NCBI GenBank assembly: GCA_964407085.1
Contig: CAYOUH010000001.1
Coordinates: forward strand, 1 to 31,926
Length of the DNA: 31,926 nucleotides
Direction: 5' to 3'
Source of the DNA: an uncultured Candidatus Peribacteria bacterium
GTDB taxonomy: Bacteria; Patescibacteriota; Gracilibacteria; JBDHUY01
Shown here one piece after another: positions 1 through 8,857 of the stretch (the stretch's first letter is position 1; each line of letters begins with the position of its first letter). The translations under genes and the position numbers were made by a program. A model generated the notes under the pieces. It made no database searches and was not told the DNA's origin. It saw only the letters and a list, made by a program, of their open reading frames with translations.

Positions 1-372
1 GACCTTGCGGAAGTACGGCGACATAGGGGGCAGATGATAGGGCATGCTGGAGGAACGCACGGCATCTACCCCTCGGTCGGCCATCTCGTTCACCTTGTCC
101 TCCTGCTTGGACTTGTAGCCATCCACGTCGCAGATGATGAACAGCTGCCCCGCTTCGGGGAACTTGCGCATGGCGACGTTCTTGACCAAATACTGCAGTG
201 CGGAGAGCGTATCGCCGAAGTGGCCGATGACGAGGTTGGCATCCGGCGTGGTGATGTCGACGCGGTAGGTCAGCTCGTCCTTCTCCTCGACGCTCACGCC
301 CTGGACGAAGATACTCAGCCGGGTGAGGGTTTCGGTGACGAAGGTTTGGAGGAAGGAGGAGATTTCGTTCAT
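1..372 (-). CDS. jag: Jag/EloR (KhpB) RNA-binding protein, KH + R3H domains; 3' end runs off the window
   Basis: Not in the ORF track. Manual translation from ATG 372: MNEISSFLQTFVTETL...NLVIGHFGDTLSALQYLVK...CDVDGYKSKQEDKV...LPPMSPYFRKV. This gives the KH GxxG loop (IGxxGxTLxALQYL), the DVxGY motif and the R3H start LPPMSP. It lies directly downstream of yidC, its usual position. Confidence 0.87.
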   Translation of the reverse strand, partial: MNEISSFLQTFVTETLTRLSIFVQGVSVEEKDELTYRVDITTPDANLVIGHFGDTLSALQYLVKNVAMRKFPEAGQLFIICDVDGYKSKQEDKVNEMADRGVDAVRSSSMPYHLPPMSPYFRKV

Positions 373-438
373 GGCTTCTCGTTTCGTAAGGTCGCTAAAG
401 TCATAGGGAACCGACAAGGGCCGGAAGTGGCCAGTCCA

Positions 439-1683
439 TCATTTCAGCGTGGACGGGGTCATTTTATTAACCCACAGCTGTTGCGCAATGCCAAACAGCG
501 TGGACATGCCCCAGTACACCGCTACTCCCGCAGGGAAGCTGATCGACATCACGCCGATGACCAGGGGCATGACGTACTTCATGGCCTGGTTCATGGCCTT
601 GTTGGGATCCGCCTTGGTTTCGGTCGATACGGCCTTCTTGGAGGCTTCCTTGGCTGCCCGGCCCACGGTCAGGTGCATCTGGTACCACTGCAGGACCACG
701 AGCAGGACGGGCAGGACGTAGATGTTGGGCTTGGAGAGATCGAGGATACCGAGGAAGTTCGAATTCACGGAGGAGACCGCGAAGCCCTTCAGCGGTTCGT
801 ACAGGTAGTGCGTGCTGCTGAGCTCCAGGCCGTGGGAAACGGCATAGTACAGCGCGATCAAAAACGGCATCTGCAGGAGGAGTGGGAGACAGCTGCCCAT
901 CGGGTTCACGCCGTTTTCCTTCCACAGCTTCATGGTTTCCTCGCCGATCTTCTTGGTGTCGCCCTTGTACTTCTCCTGGATCTCGGCGATCTTGGGCTGG
1001 ACGAGCTGCAGTTTCTTCTGCGACTCCAGGGCCTTCTGGTTCGGGATGAGGAGGATGAGGCGGATGATGATGGTCAGCAGGATGATGGCCCAGCCCAGAT
1101 CGTACCCGGGGAGCACAGAGACCAGCAGGATCAGGAGGTTGTAGAGCGGCTGGTAGAAGAGCAGGTCCCACATCCGTCCCAGGAACCCGCGGTTCTCGAC
1201 CGAGAACGTGGCGGTCAGGGGGTAGTGCACGGCGGCGGCATCCGAGGCGGTCAGGGCCAATTCGTACTGCCCGGGCGTGGAGAGGGAGGTGTGCAGGTAG
1301 TCGAGGGACAGGGTTCCCTCTTCGCCGGCTTTTACCTCAATTCGATCCGAGGGACAGGCGGTTATGCGATCGAGCACGGAGCGCATGTCCACAGGCTGTC
1401 CGTCGCGCTTGAGGGAGACGGAAGAAGCCGAGCAGAGGCCGTCGATGGTCACCAGATTGGCCTCGGGGGAGCCTTCGATGGATGGGAGGGCGTTTTTCAG
1501 CCGTACCTTGGCCGCTTCGCCGGGGTGGAAGGTTTCGCCGGTGGATTCCAGGATAACGGCCCCTGAACCGCTGGCGGGAGTGGGAGTGGCAGGTTCGTCC
1601 TTTTTCCCCGGCATCAGCAGGAAAACGACGATATAGGCGGCGGCGAGGACGAAGGCGTACTTGTAGAACTTGTCGGTTTTCAT
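439..1683 (-). CDS. yidC: Membrane protein insertase YidC/Oxa1 with an N-terminal TM and an extracytoplasmic beta-rich domain
   Basis: Core motifs GWAIILLTIIIRLIL, QPKIAEIQEKY, ENGVNPMGSCLPLLLQMP, AGVAVYW. Start set at ATG 1683 (MKTDKF) rather than 1713. Confidence 0.95.
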   Translation of the reverse strand: MKTDKFYKYAFVLAAAYIVVFLLMPGKKDEPATPTPASGSGAVILESTGETFHPGEAAKVRLKNALPSIEGSPEANLVTIDGLCSASSVSLKRDGQPVDMRSVLDRITACPSDRIEVKAGEEGTLSLDYLHTSLSTPGQYELALTASDAAAVHYPLTATFSVENRGFLGRMWDLLFYQPLYNLLILLVSVLPGYDLGWAIILLTIIIRLILLIPNQKALESQKKLQLVQPKIAEIQEKYKGDTKKIGEETMKLWKENGVNPMGSCLPLLLQMPFLIALYYAVSHGLELSSTHYLYEPLKGFAVSSVNSNFLGILDLSKPNIYVLPVLLVVLQWYQMHLTVGRAAKEASKKAVSTETKADPNKAMNQAMKYVMPLVIGVMSISFPAGVAVYWGMSTLFGIAQQLWVNKMTPSTLK

Positions 1684-1746
1684 GGAAAGCAAGCAAGGAA
1701 AAAGGCGCGGCAAAGTGGCGGAAGTGTACCCGAAAGGCGGTTTTTT

Positions 1747-1755
1747 TGCTATACT
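1747..1755 (+). promoter_or_regulatory. Extended -10 promoter (TGcTATACT) for the VirD4-like gene
   Basis: TGn-TAnnnT match in the divergent yidC/VirD4-like intergenic region. Confidence 0.5.
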
Positions 1756-1809
1756 ATTGGGAATATTCTCCTCCTGGGCATGCGCCCCGGAAAAAGACCA
1801 AAACAGAAG

Positions 1810-4539
1810 ATGCTCGCCCTCCTCGAATTCCTGGCTCTCCTGATCCTGCGCCTCGTCCTACCCGCCACTATCGCGACCGAGGTCGCGGGCAAGTTTTCGG
1901 CCAACCCGTTCTCGAGCGTGGACAACTTCATCGTGTTCACGATCTTCTTCGTGCTGACGTGGATCGGGTGGAAGGTCCTCCTATGGACATTCCACTACGC
2001 GTACGAGGCGCGGCAGGCGAAGAAGCTGGTGTATCTGAAAGTCATGCTGCCGCGCAACGACAGTAAGATCGACAAGGAGCAGCAGACCAAGAAGGACTTC
2101 CGAGAGAAGGTGGCCATCATGCACCAGCTCTACCGATCACTGTGGGAAATCCGGCAGCTGAACCTGGAGAACATGATCCGGGTGTTCCTGCTCAAGGTCG
2201 ACAAACTCAGCTTCGAGCTCGTGCTCGAGAACCAGGAGCTGAACTTCTACGTGGTGACCAATCCGTATTTCCAGAGCATCGTGGAGAAGCAGATCACGAG
2301 CTACTACCCCGATGCCGATATCCAGCCGGTCAAGGAGTACAGCACCTACGAACACGGGTACAACCTGAAGGGCTTCTCGTTCCACCAGGCGAAGGAGGGG
2401 TACTACCCGGTGAAGACCTACAAGACGCTCGAGGAAGATCCGCTCAACGGCCTGGCGAACGTGTTCTCGAAGCTCGACAAGGATGAACGGGCAGTGTTCC
2501 AGATGGTCCTGCGGCCGCGCGGGAACGGCTGGCGGAAGAAGGGGCAACGGCTGGCGGAATCGATCTTCAAGAAGGAGAAGAAATCGTTCTTCTCCCACAT
2601 CCCCGGACTCGGGTGGCTCGGGAGCCTGATGGGATTCTTCATCTCGGGGGACACCGGGTCGCTCGGCAGCAACGCTCCCGGTGCCAGCCATGGCGACTCG
2701 TATATCCGCATGCTGCAGCCCCAGGAGGAAGCCGTGAAGCGCATGGGGGAGAAGATCGGCGAACCGGGATTCGACGCCAGCCTCCGTGTCCTGGCATTCT
2801 CGAAGAAGAGCAAGTCGCGCGTGGAGGAAATCATCAACGGGGTGGTGGTGTCGTTCAACCTGTTCCAGGATAATTACAACAACTGGTTCGAGAACCGGCG
2901 CATCCTGCCGCTCGACTGGATCAATACACCCCTGATGTACTACGCCTTCCAGAAGCGCTTCCTGGGCTTCTTCCAGCGGCAGTGCCTGCTGACGCCGGAC
3001 GAGCTGGCGTCGCTGTTCCATTTCCCGGATGCCAACTACAACAAGGTGCCGGTGATCAAATGGCTGCCATACAAGGTGATCCCCGCGCCGCTCGAAACCC
3101 CGAAGGAAGGCATCCTGCTGGGATACAACACGTACCGCGGGGTGAAGACGCCGGTGCACATGCTGAAAAATGACCGCTCGCGGCACTTCTACATCATCGG
3201 AAAATCCGGAACGGGTAAGTCCGCCTACCTCTCGTGGATGGCGCGGCAGGATGTGCGCAATGGCGAGGGCGTGTGCGTGATCGATCCGCACGGCGACCTG
3301 GTGGAAGAGATCCTGTGCTACGTGCCGAAGGAGCGGGTGAAAGCCGTCAACGCATTCGACCCGGCAGACAACGAGCGGCCCATGGCGCTCAACACCCTGG
3401 ACGCCCATACGCCGGACGAGATGGACCGCGCGTCACTGGACGCCACGGAAATCTTCATCAAGCTGTACGGCGACGAGATCTTCGGCCCGCGCATCCAGCA
3501 CTACTTCCGCAACGGCTGCCTGACACTGATGGAGGACCAGGAAGACGGCGCGACGCTGATCGACGTACCACGCCTGTTCGTGGACGAACCGTTCCTGAAA
3601 TACAAGCTGACGAAGGTGAAGAACAACGTGGTTAGATCGTTCTGGGAACACGAATACATCCAGACCGGCGACCGCGAGAAGCAGGAGATGATCCCGTATT
3701 TTTCCGCGAAGTTCGGCCCGTTCATCACGAACACGACGATGCGCAACATCATCGGGCAGTCGAGGAGCGCCTTCAACATCCGCGAGGTGATGGATACGGG
3801 AAAGGTCCTGCTCGTAAACCTCTCAAAGGGGAAAATCGGCGGCATCAACGCGCAGCTGCTCGGCCTCATCTTCGTGAACAAGGTGAACATGGCGGCCATG
3901 GCGCGCGCCGACATGCTGGAAGAGAAGCGCCGCGATTTCTTCCTGTACGTGGATGAGTTCCAGAACTTCGCGACCGACACCTTCGCCACGATCCTGTCGG
4001 AGGCGAGGAAGTACCGGCTCAACCTGATCATGGCGCACCAGTACATCGGGCAACTGGTGAGCAAGACCGCGGGTAGTAGCCAGCAGAGCACGCAGATCCG
4101 CGACGCGGTTTTTGGTAACGTCGGTACCATGATGAGCTTCAAGGTCGGCGCCGAGGACGCGGAATATTTGGCCAAGGAATACGCTCCCGTCCTCTCCGAG
4201 CAGGACATCATCGGTATCGCCAACTACCGCGCGTACCTGAAACTCAATATCAAGAACACCACCAGCCGCGTATTCTCCATGGAAACAATCTGGGACGAGA
4301 CGGGCAAGAAGCGGAAGATCGCCGACATCATCAAGAAGTATTCGCGGCTGAAATACGGAAGGAAGCGCGAGTTCGTGGACGCGGAGATCGAGGCGCGGAT
4401 CGGGATCAGTGATAGCGAAGCGGCGGTTCCCACTGCCGAGATGCCAGGCGCACCACAAGCTGAAGATATGCCAATCACACAAAGCGAAGGGGTGCAAAGC
4501 ACCCAAGAACAACCATCCACGGAATCGACTTCCGTGTAG
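1810..4539 (+). CDS. VirD4/TraD-like (HerA/FtsK superfamily) membrane-anchored ATPase, T4SS coupling-protein-like
   Basis: Two N-terminal hydrophobic segments, Walker A IIGKSGTGKS, VIDPHGDL, Walker B FFLYVDEFQNF, ILSEARKYRLNLIMAHQY and AVFGNVGT, all typical of this family. Start is 1780 or 1810. Confidence 0.85.
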   Translation: MLALLEFLALLILRLVLPATIATEVAGKFSANPFSSVDNFIVFTIFFVLTWIGWKVLLWTFHYAYEARQAKKLVYLKVMLPRNDSKIDKEQQTKKDFREKVAIMHQLYRSLWEIRQLNLENMIRVFLLKVDKLSFELVLENQELNFYVVTNPYFQSIVEKQITSYYPDADIQPVKEYSTYEHGYNLKGFSFHQAKEGYYPVKTYKTLEEDPLNGLANVFSKLDKDERAVFQMVLRPRGNGWRKKGQRLAESIFKKEKKSFFSHIPGLGWLGSLMGFFISGDTGSLGSNAPGASHGDSYIRMLQPQEEAVKRMGEKIGEPGFDASLRVLAFSKKSKSRVEEIINGVVVSFNLFQDNYNNWFENRRILPLDWINTPLMYYAFQKRFLGFFQRQCLLTPDELASLFHFPDANYNKVPVIKWLPYKVIPAPLETPKEGILLGYNTYRGVKTPVHMLKNDRSRHFYIIGKSGTGKSAYLSWMARQDVRNGEGVCVIDPHGDLVEEILCYVPKERVKAVNAFDPADNERPMALNTLDAHTPDEMDRASLDATEIFIKLYGDEIFGPRIQHYFRNGCLTLMEDQEDGATLIDVPRLFVDEPFLKYKLTKVKNNVVRSFWEHEYIQTGDREKQEMIPYFSAKFGPFITNTTMRNIIGQSRSAFNIREVMDTGKVLLVNLSKGKIGGINAQLLGLIFVNKVNMAAMARADMLEEKRRDFFLYVDEFQNFATDTFATILSEARKYRLNLIMAHQYIGQLVSKTAGSSQQSTQIRDAVFGNVGTMMSFKVGAEDAEYLAKEYAPVLSEQDIIGIANYRAYLKLNIKNTTSRVFSMETIWDETGKKRKIADIIKKYSRLKYGRKREFVDAEIEARIGISDSEAAVPTAEMPGAPQAEDMPITQSEGVQSTQEQPSTESTSV

Positions 4540-4561
4540 AAGGCCCCAACCTTCTCATGGA

Positions 4562-5863
4562 TCAGCGCCTTCCTTTCTTATTCCTCACCGGCTGAGGTTT
4601 TTTGCCAGCATTCGGTACCGTCTTTTGGGGCTTGCTTTTAGGGGCTACGGTCGGACCCTTGCCCTTTTTTCCTTTACTGACGGGGGACTTGGGCAGCACC
4701 CTTCTGGGCCTGGTAGTAGGGGCAGTGGGAGCTTTCTTACTAGGCGTCCGTGCTCCCCGTTTCCTGGCCCCCCGATTCCTCAGAGCCTGCTGAAGCTTCT
4801 TCCTCACCGCCTCTTTTTCGGTGGCAATGCGGACCCGTTCGGCCTCTGCTCGGCGATCGGCATTGATCTTGTCGATTTCCGTGGCGAAATCGGCGGTATT
4901 ATTGCTGACCTGCTGCAGGCCGAAGTGCCACGAGCCTGCCACCTCCTCAGCGAAGAAAACATTCCCGGCCTCTTCCTGGGAAATAAGGAACAGCCGTATC
5001 CCGTTCATGAAATCCTGCCATTTCTCGTTATCGCCGATGCGGGTCGCTTTGTATGGTTTCTTGTCCGTATCGAGAAGCTTGCTGTAGCTGATGTCGATGG
5101 CATCGCCACCATTGGCGTGCATGCTCCGTCCTACCACTGCGGCAGCCGCTTCCTTGCCCTGCATGCGGCCGACGTAGTCATCTGTCCGCACGGCGCTGGT
5201 GATGGCCAGTCTCATGTTTTCAGGAATCCCATACTCGGCCTTCAACCGCCTTACCTCGGTTTCCAACGGGCCGGTCAGGAACGCGTACAGATCGGGGTGA
5301 ACGTGGGAAAGCAGTTTGTATTCCTCGCCTTTCCTGCGGTCCCCACCCTTCTTGTCCGGCTTGGCATGTTCGCCGAATTCGACCGGATCGATGGTGAATG
5401 GGGTGTCGGCAAGTTCCAGTGGAACGACTTTTCCGGCATCGGCCATTTTTTTCAGGATCGCGGCATTGGGAATGGATCTGATATTCAAGTTCTTCGCACG
5501 GATGATGTCCTCGCGGTTGCGTCCTTTCATGCGCTTTTTTTGTTCATCCGTGAGGACGATCCTGCCTAATGCCGCGGACTCTGATTCCTTAGGGGGAAGA
5601 GTGGGCATCAGGCCACGGTCACGGATGAAGGCACTTAGGACCAATCCCATAACTGTACCGGAAGCCAATGTTCCGATGGTCGTGAGGTTGCGGTACGCAT
5701 GCTTGAATTCGCCTACAACGAGAGGAACTTGGTGCCATAGGACGTTATAGACGGCCCGCCGAGTAGCCTCCACGGCATGCAGGATGGCGGGGAGGACCAT
5801 CTTCGGTTGTTCCCGTGGCCCGCCTGGTCCGCGTTCCGGGTTTTGCGGAACATTACTTGCCAT
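4562..5863 (-). CDS. Membrane-anchored DUF5715-like / M15 (LAS) Zn metallopeptidase with a highly basic C-terminal tail; predicted peptidoglycan peptidase
   Basis: ITSAVRT...SMHANGGDAIDISY...EEVAGSWHF matches the Hedgehog/DD-peptidase H...D...H ligand pattern and my recollection of DUF5715 (TSxxRT, SxHxxGxxFDISY, FHI). Hydrophobic segment LTTIGTLASGTVMGLVLSAFI. ATG 5863 overlaps the upstream stop. Confidence 0.65.
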   Translation of the reverse strand: MASNVPQNPERGPGGPREQPKMVLPAILHAVEATRRAVYNVLWHQVPLVVGEFKHAYRNLTTIGTLASGTVMGLVLSAFIRDRGLMPTLPPKESESAALGRIVLTDEQKKRMKGRNREDIIRAKNLNIRSIPNAAILKKMADAGKVVPLELADTPFTIDPVEFGEHAKPDKKGGDRRKGEEYKLLSHVHPDLYAFLTGPLETEVRRLKAEYGIPENMRLAITSAVRTDDYVGRMQGKEAAAAVVGRSMHANGGDAIDISYSKLLDTDKKPYKATRIGDNEKWQDFMNGIRLFLISQEEAGNVFFAEEVAGSWHFGLQQVSNNTADFATEIDKINADRRAEAERVRIATEKEAVRKKLQQALRNRGARKRGARTPSKKAPTAPTTRPRRVLPKSPVSKGKKGKGPTVAPKSKPQKTVPNAGKKPQPVRNKKGRR

Positions 5864-7718
5864 AGGATTCAGTCGTGAGAGGAAGCTTGAAGACCGGCTT
5901 TCCGGCGGGATCATTCATGCCTGATAACAATGTAGCCCAACCGGGTGGGAGGTTGAGCACCATGCGGAATGTAATTGGCTTCTGAGGACGTTTAGTATTA
6001 TCTGGGAAAGTCGTCATCTTCTGGGGACCGGGCAAAGGAACCTTGTCGAAGTCGGGATTGGCCGGGTCGACGGTGATGGCAGGATTAAGCTTCGATAGGG
6101 TATTGCGGATCTCCCGTCCATCGAGAAGCTTGCTGGTTTCCGGATCAGTTACCTGGGAGCGGAGCAGGTGAGCTGTTACGGCGCCCAGGCTCGCGGGCCG
6201 CATACCCTCGGCATAATTGATAACGACCTGGTTGAAGGCGATGGTCGGACGTTCGACGTAGGAAGCGAAGGGGTTCTCTGCGGTGTTTTTCTCTCCGTTA
6301 AATTGTCCCTTGTATCGCGGATCGGCGTATAAGGTCTCGATCAGTTTTACGCTTTCTACTATCCCGAAGAGGCGCAGGGGATAGGCGGCATTTTCCAGCT
6401 CCTTGATATTGACCTCCCCTCCCTTGCCAGCATCCCGTTTGTCATAGTAGCTGCCGTTGAGTCGCGCCATGTACGCGTAGGGATTCACCGCTTTCGTTAT
6501 TTTTCCCGCCTTATTCGTTTCCAGGATGAGTCCTCCCGATCCCCCGTTGTAGGCCAAGACGGCGAGGACCCAAGCGGCATCGCCTTTCTTTGCTTCTGGA
6601 ACAGTAGGCTCCAGCTTGGCAGTAGCGAAGGAATTTTTTAGGTCACGTAGGTATTCCACCGCCCCCCGCATCGCCAACAGCGGGTCGCGGCGCAGATCTA
6701 TGGAGTACCCCTCGCCATTGGCATATACGTCATTGGGTCGCGGCGGCTTATCCTCCACATGACGGAATCCCTGCGCATCGCCGGACTTGAACCGGTTTTC
6801 TAGGGCTGTAGCATTTTGATCATTCGGTTCGACCCATGTCCCATTCCTCGCTCGGACCTGGGTGAGGGGAAAGGTACGAGGCCCATTCCATTGTGTGGCC
6901 GGCATGAATTGGACGCAGCCTGCGGCTCCGGCGCGCGAGATGCCGTTCGGATCGAAGAAGGTTTCGACCAGGATGATCTCTGGGATCCATTCGGGTACCG
7001 AAGAGTCGACCTCCTGGGCGACTTTCTTGAAGTGCTTCTCGTACTGCTTGTAGGCCTGCAGCCCAGTACCGACAGAGGTTTCCGTAGGAGCCCTCCCTAT
7101 GAGATCCCGGAAGCTGGCCGGCATGAAAGTCTCTTGTCCGTCACGCTTATAGGACAACAATGCACTGCGATTCATCTCCGACAGGGCCTCCGTTGGTCCG
7201 GTCGGGTCGACGTTATAGCGCATGTATTGGTAGATCCGACGCAGGATGGCGCGGCGCTGGTGACGGATTGCGGTCTGGTTCCCAGACAATGCCCCATCGG
7301 GGACATAGGTATCGTAGACCAAGCGAGTGAGATCGCGGATGATCCCAGCATGGGGATGGGCAAATCCCTTGTTAGCAGACTCAACCCAATCGAGATCTTC
7401 CTCGGTCTCCGTCCTCGTCTTGGCATCGTTGGTTACCGCGCGTTTGGCGGATAAGTACTTCGCTAGGGGAATACCCAGAGCCGGGGCCATGAAGAATTTC
7501 AAGAGCGTGCGCCGGCCGATGCGCTTCAGTTGCTTATCCGACGGATGGGGCTCGTCCAATAGCTTTTTCACCCCAAAATCACGACCAAAGCGCAACGCTG
7601 TAAGAAAGCCGTGTCCCAATCGTCGAGCAATGCGTTTGGCTGTCCACTTGCGCTGCCGCTCAATATCAGGTGTAGGGGGATTGTTTTCCTGTGATGGCTC
7701 TCGCTCGACTGAGGACAT
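5853..7718 (-). CDS. Lytic transglycosylase (SLT/MltD-like) with an N-terminal extension
   Basis: Motif I ILVETFFDPNGISRAGAAGCVQFMPAT (putative catalytic Glu252, nt 6963-6965), DLRRDP...GAVEYLRDL, WVLAVLAYNGG and ENAAYP. The C-terminal LSKLNP...LNLPPG resembles the degenerate LysM-like region of MltD. Confidence 0.85.
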   Translation of the reverse strand: MSSVEREPSQENNPPTPDIERQRKWTAKRIARRLGHGFLTALRFGRDFGVKKLLDEPHPSDKQLKRIGRRTLLKFFMAPALGIPLAKYLSAKRAVTNDAKTRTETEEDLDWVESANKGFAHPHAGIIRDLTRLVYDTYVPDGALSGNQTAIRHQRRAILRRIYQYMRYNVDPTGPTEALSEMNRSALLSYKRDGQETFMPASFRDLIGRAPTETSVGTGLQAYKQYEKHFKKVAQEVDSSVPEWIPEIILVETFFDPNGISRAGAAGCVQFMPATQWNGPRTFPLTQVRARNGTWVEPNDQNATALENRFKSGDAQGFRHVEDKPPRPNDVYANGEGYSIDLRRDPLLAMRGAVEYLRDLKNSFATAKLEPTVPEAKKGDAAWVLAVLAYNGGSGGLILETNKAGKITKAVNPYAYMARLNGSYYDKRDAGKGGEVNIKELENAAYPLRLFGIVESVKLIETLYADPRYKGQFNGEKNTAENPFASYVERPTIAFNQVVINYAEGMRPASLGAVTAHLLRSQVTDPETSKLLDGREIRNTLSKLNPAITVDPANPDFDKVPLPGPQKMTTFPDNTKRPQKPITFRMVLNLPPGWATLLSGMNDPAGKPVFKLPLTTESYGK

Positions 7719-7743
7719 GGAGGCTACATGAAAAGCATCCTCT

Positions 7744-7759
7744 CAGGATACCATTCATG
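7744..7759 (-). promoter_or_regulatory. Extended -10 promoter element CATGAATGGTATCCTG upstream of the lytic transglycosylase; identical copy at 24423-24438
   Basis: Contains TGgTATCCT, 26 nt upstream of ATG 7718. Exact 16-bp match to the element upstream of the response regulator. Confidence 0.55.
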
Positions 7760-7830
7760 GCTTCTCTCCGCGATTCATGAAAGACTGCGAACACCTGTTC
7801 CGCTTGACGTTTTATCTAAAAGTCCGCCCC

Positions 7831-8601
7831 CTACTGCGCCAATCTCTCCCACTCGCCACGTGAGAAGATGAGCTTGATTTGCGTATCTGAGACATTGATT
7901 ACGCGGACACCCTTCAGGATCGCGTCACGGTTGGCGGTGAGGAAGGTGTAGCGCTTCTGCATCGTGGAGAGCGCTTGCGAATACTGCCCATCGAAGCGCG
8001 AGATGGCACGGCGGGTTTCCTCAAAGGGTTCGATCTGAGCCTGGATTTGTTGCATGCGATCGAAGGCGAGCTGCGCAGCGTCGGGGACTTGGTTTTTCAG
8101 GGCCTCGCTGTAGGCCTTCTTGGCCACCTTAAGATCGTTATTGAGCGTTCGGATATTCGCGCGATAGTCCTCGGTCAGGGCTTTGTTTTCCGCTCGGATG
8201 CGGGTAATGAGGGTTGCCTCGGTTTGCAGCTGTTCGACATAGAGATCCAGCGCTGCCGCGCGGTCGGAGCTATCGTTGAGCGCCTTCAGGACATCGAAAG
8301 CCAGGAGTTCGCCAGTAGCGCGGACACGGCGGATATTGTCGCTGATGAGGCCCGGTTTTTCGTTCGTGTCCTCATTGAAGAAGAACCCGGCGGAAACACC
8401 TTCGTGGAACCCGTTAGGGATCTTGTCCGCCTGGTACGCGTTCTGCTCTACCACTCCTGCGGCAGCCGCCAAGCCCTCATCGTAGCTGACCGCCTGGGCT
8501 GTCGGGTTCGTGGACAGCGCCTGGAGCGTGACGATGATAAACGAAAGGAGGAAGGAGAAACCGAGGAGGCGTCTATAGATGGGCGAACCTGGGGTAACCA
8601 T
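7831..8601 (-). CDS. Hypothetical membrane-anchored coiled-coil protein
   Basis: Long ORF with N-terminal TM (RRLLGFSFLLSFIIVTLQAL) and a helical heptad-like body. Start 8601 chosen because a promoter lies at 8655-8682. Confidence 0.7.
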   Translation of the reverse strand: MVTPGSPIYRRLLGFSFLLSFIIVTLQALSTNPTAQAVSYDEGLAAAAGVVEQNAYQADKIPNGFHEGVSAGFFFNEDTNEKPGLISDNIRRVRATGELLAFDVLKALNDSSDRAAALDLYVEQLQTEATLITRIRAENKALTEDYRANIRTLNNDLKVAKKAYSEALKNQVPDAAQLAFDRMQQIQAQIEPFEETRRAISRFDGQYSQALSTMQKRYTFLTANRDAILKGVRVINVSDTQIKLIFSRGEWERLAQ

Positions 8602-8654
8602 GGGAGGCGCCGAGGGCGCAGAGAAACGATAGAAAACGCGGAAAGACAACAAGC

Positions 8655-8682
8655 ATTCTAGCCTAGATGTATATCCGGTCAA
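8655..8682 (-). promoter_or_regulatory. Sigma70-type promoter TTGACC-N16-TAGAAT
   Basis: Near-consensus -35/-10 pair about 54 nt upstream of ATG 8601. Confidence 0.6.
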
Positions 8683-8742
8683 TATTTTCTATCCGTGTCA
8701 ATACTCTCCTCCTGAAAGCCGTGGAGAACCGTCCCGTACCCG

Positions 8743-8748
8743 TATAAT
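8743..8748 (+). promoter_or_regulatory. -10 box TATAAT upstream of yhhQ
   Basis: Perfect -10 hexamer. It overlaps the ORF-track ATG at 8747, which argues against that start. Confidence 0.4.
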
Positions 8749-8857
8749 GCCGCCGACAATCACCCAATCCCATGCTCCACAGTACCCACAAGACGATCTG
8801 GTCGAGCTTCGCCTGAGGAATGAGAGGAATTTATCCAAGATCCAACTCCCATTTCCC

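Noticed and set aside
373-441. The yidC TGA is in frame with the jag ATG with no intervening stop, suggesting read-through fusion or genetic code 25 (TGA=Gly)
   Set aside because: TGA ends pcrA at its normal C-terminus and forms ATGA overlaps at 19544, 22238 and 28836, so it is a stop. An in-frame 22-codon gap is easily chance.
34-1566. Long plus-strand ORF (510 aa) and similar long antisense ORFs (2137-3408, 4409-5569, 16951-18030, 21201-22544, 22142-23188, 23955-24863)
   Set aside because: They are shadows of well-supported genes on the opposite strand, expected with GC-rich biased codon usage, and have no family motifs.
7789-7800. GAAC-N4-GTTC LexA (Cheo)-like box upstream of the transglycosylase promoter
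   Set aside because: A single 8-bp-information match is expected by chance in 32 kb, and pcrA, a more likely SOS gene, shows no such box.
8750-8857. Canonical preQ1 riboswitch ahead of yhhQ
   Set aside because: No recognisable P1 stem, loop motif or A-rich 3' tail of class I, nor class II/III features, by eye. An Infernal scan would be needed to exclude it formally.
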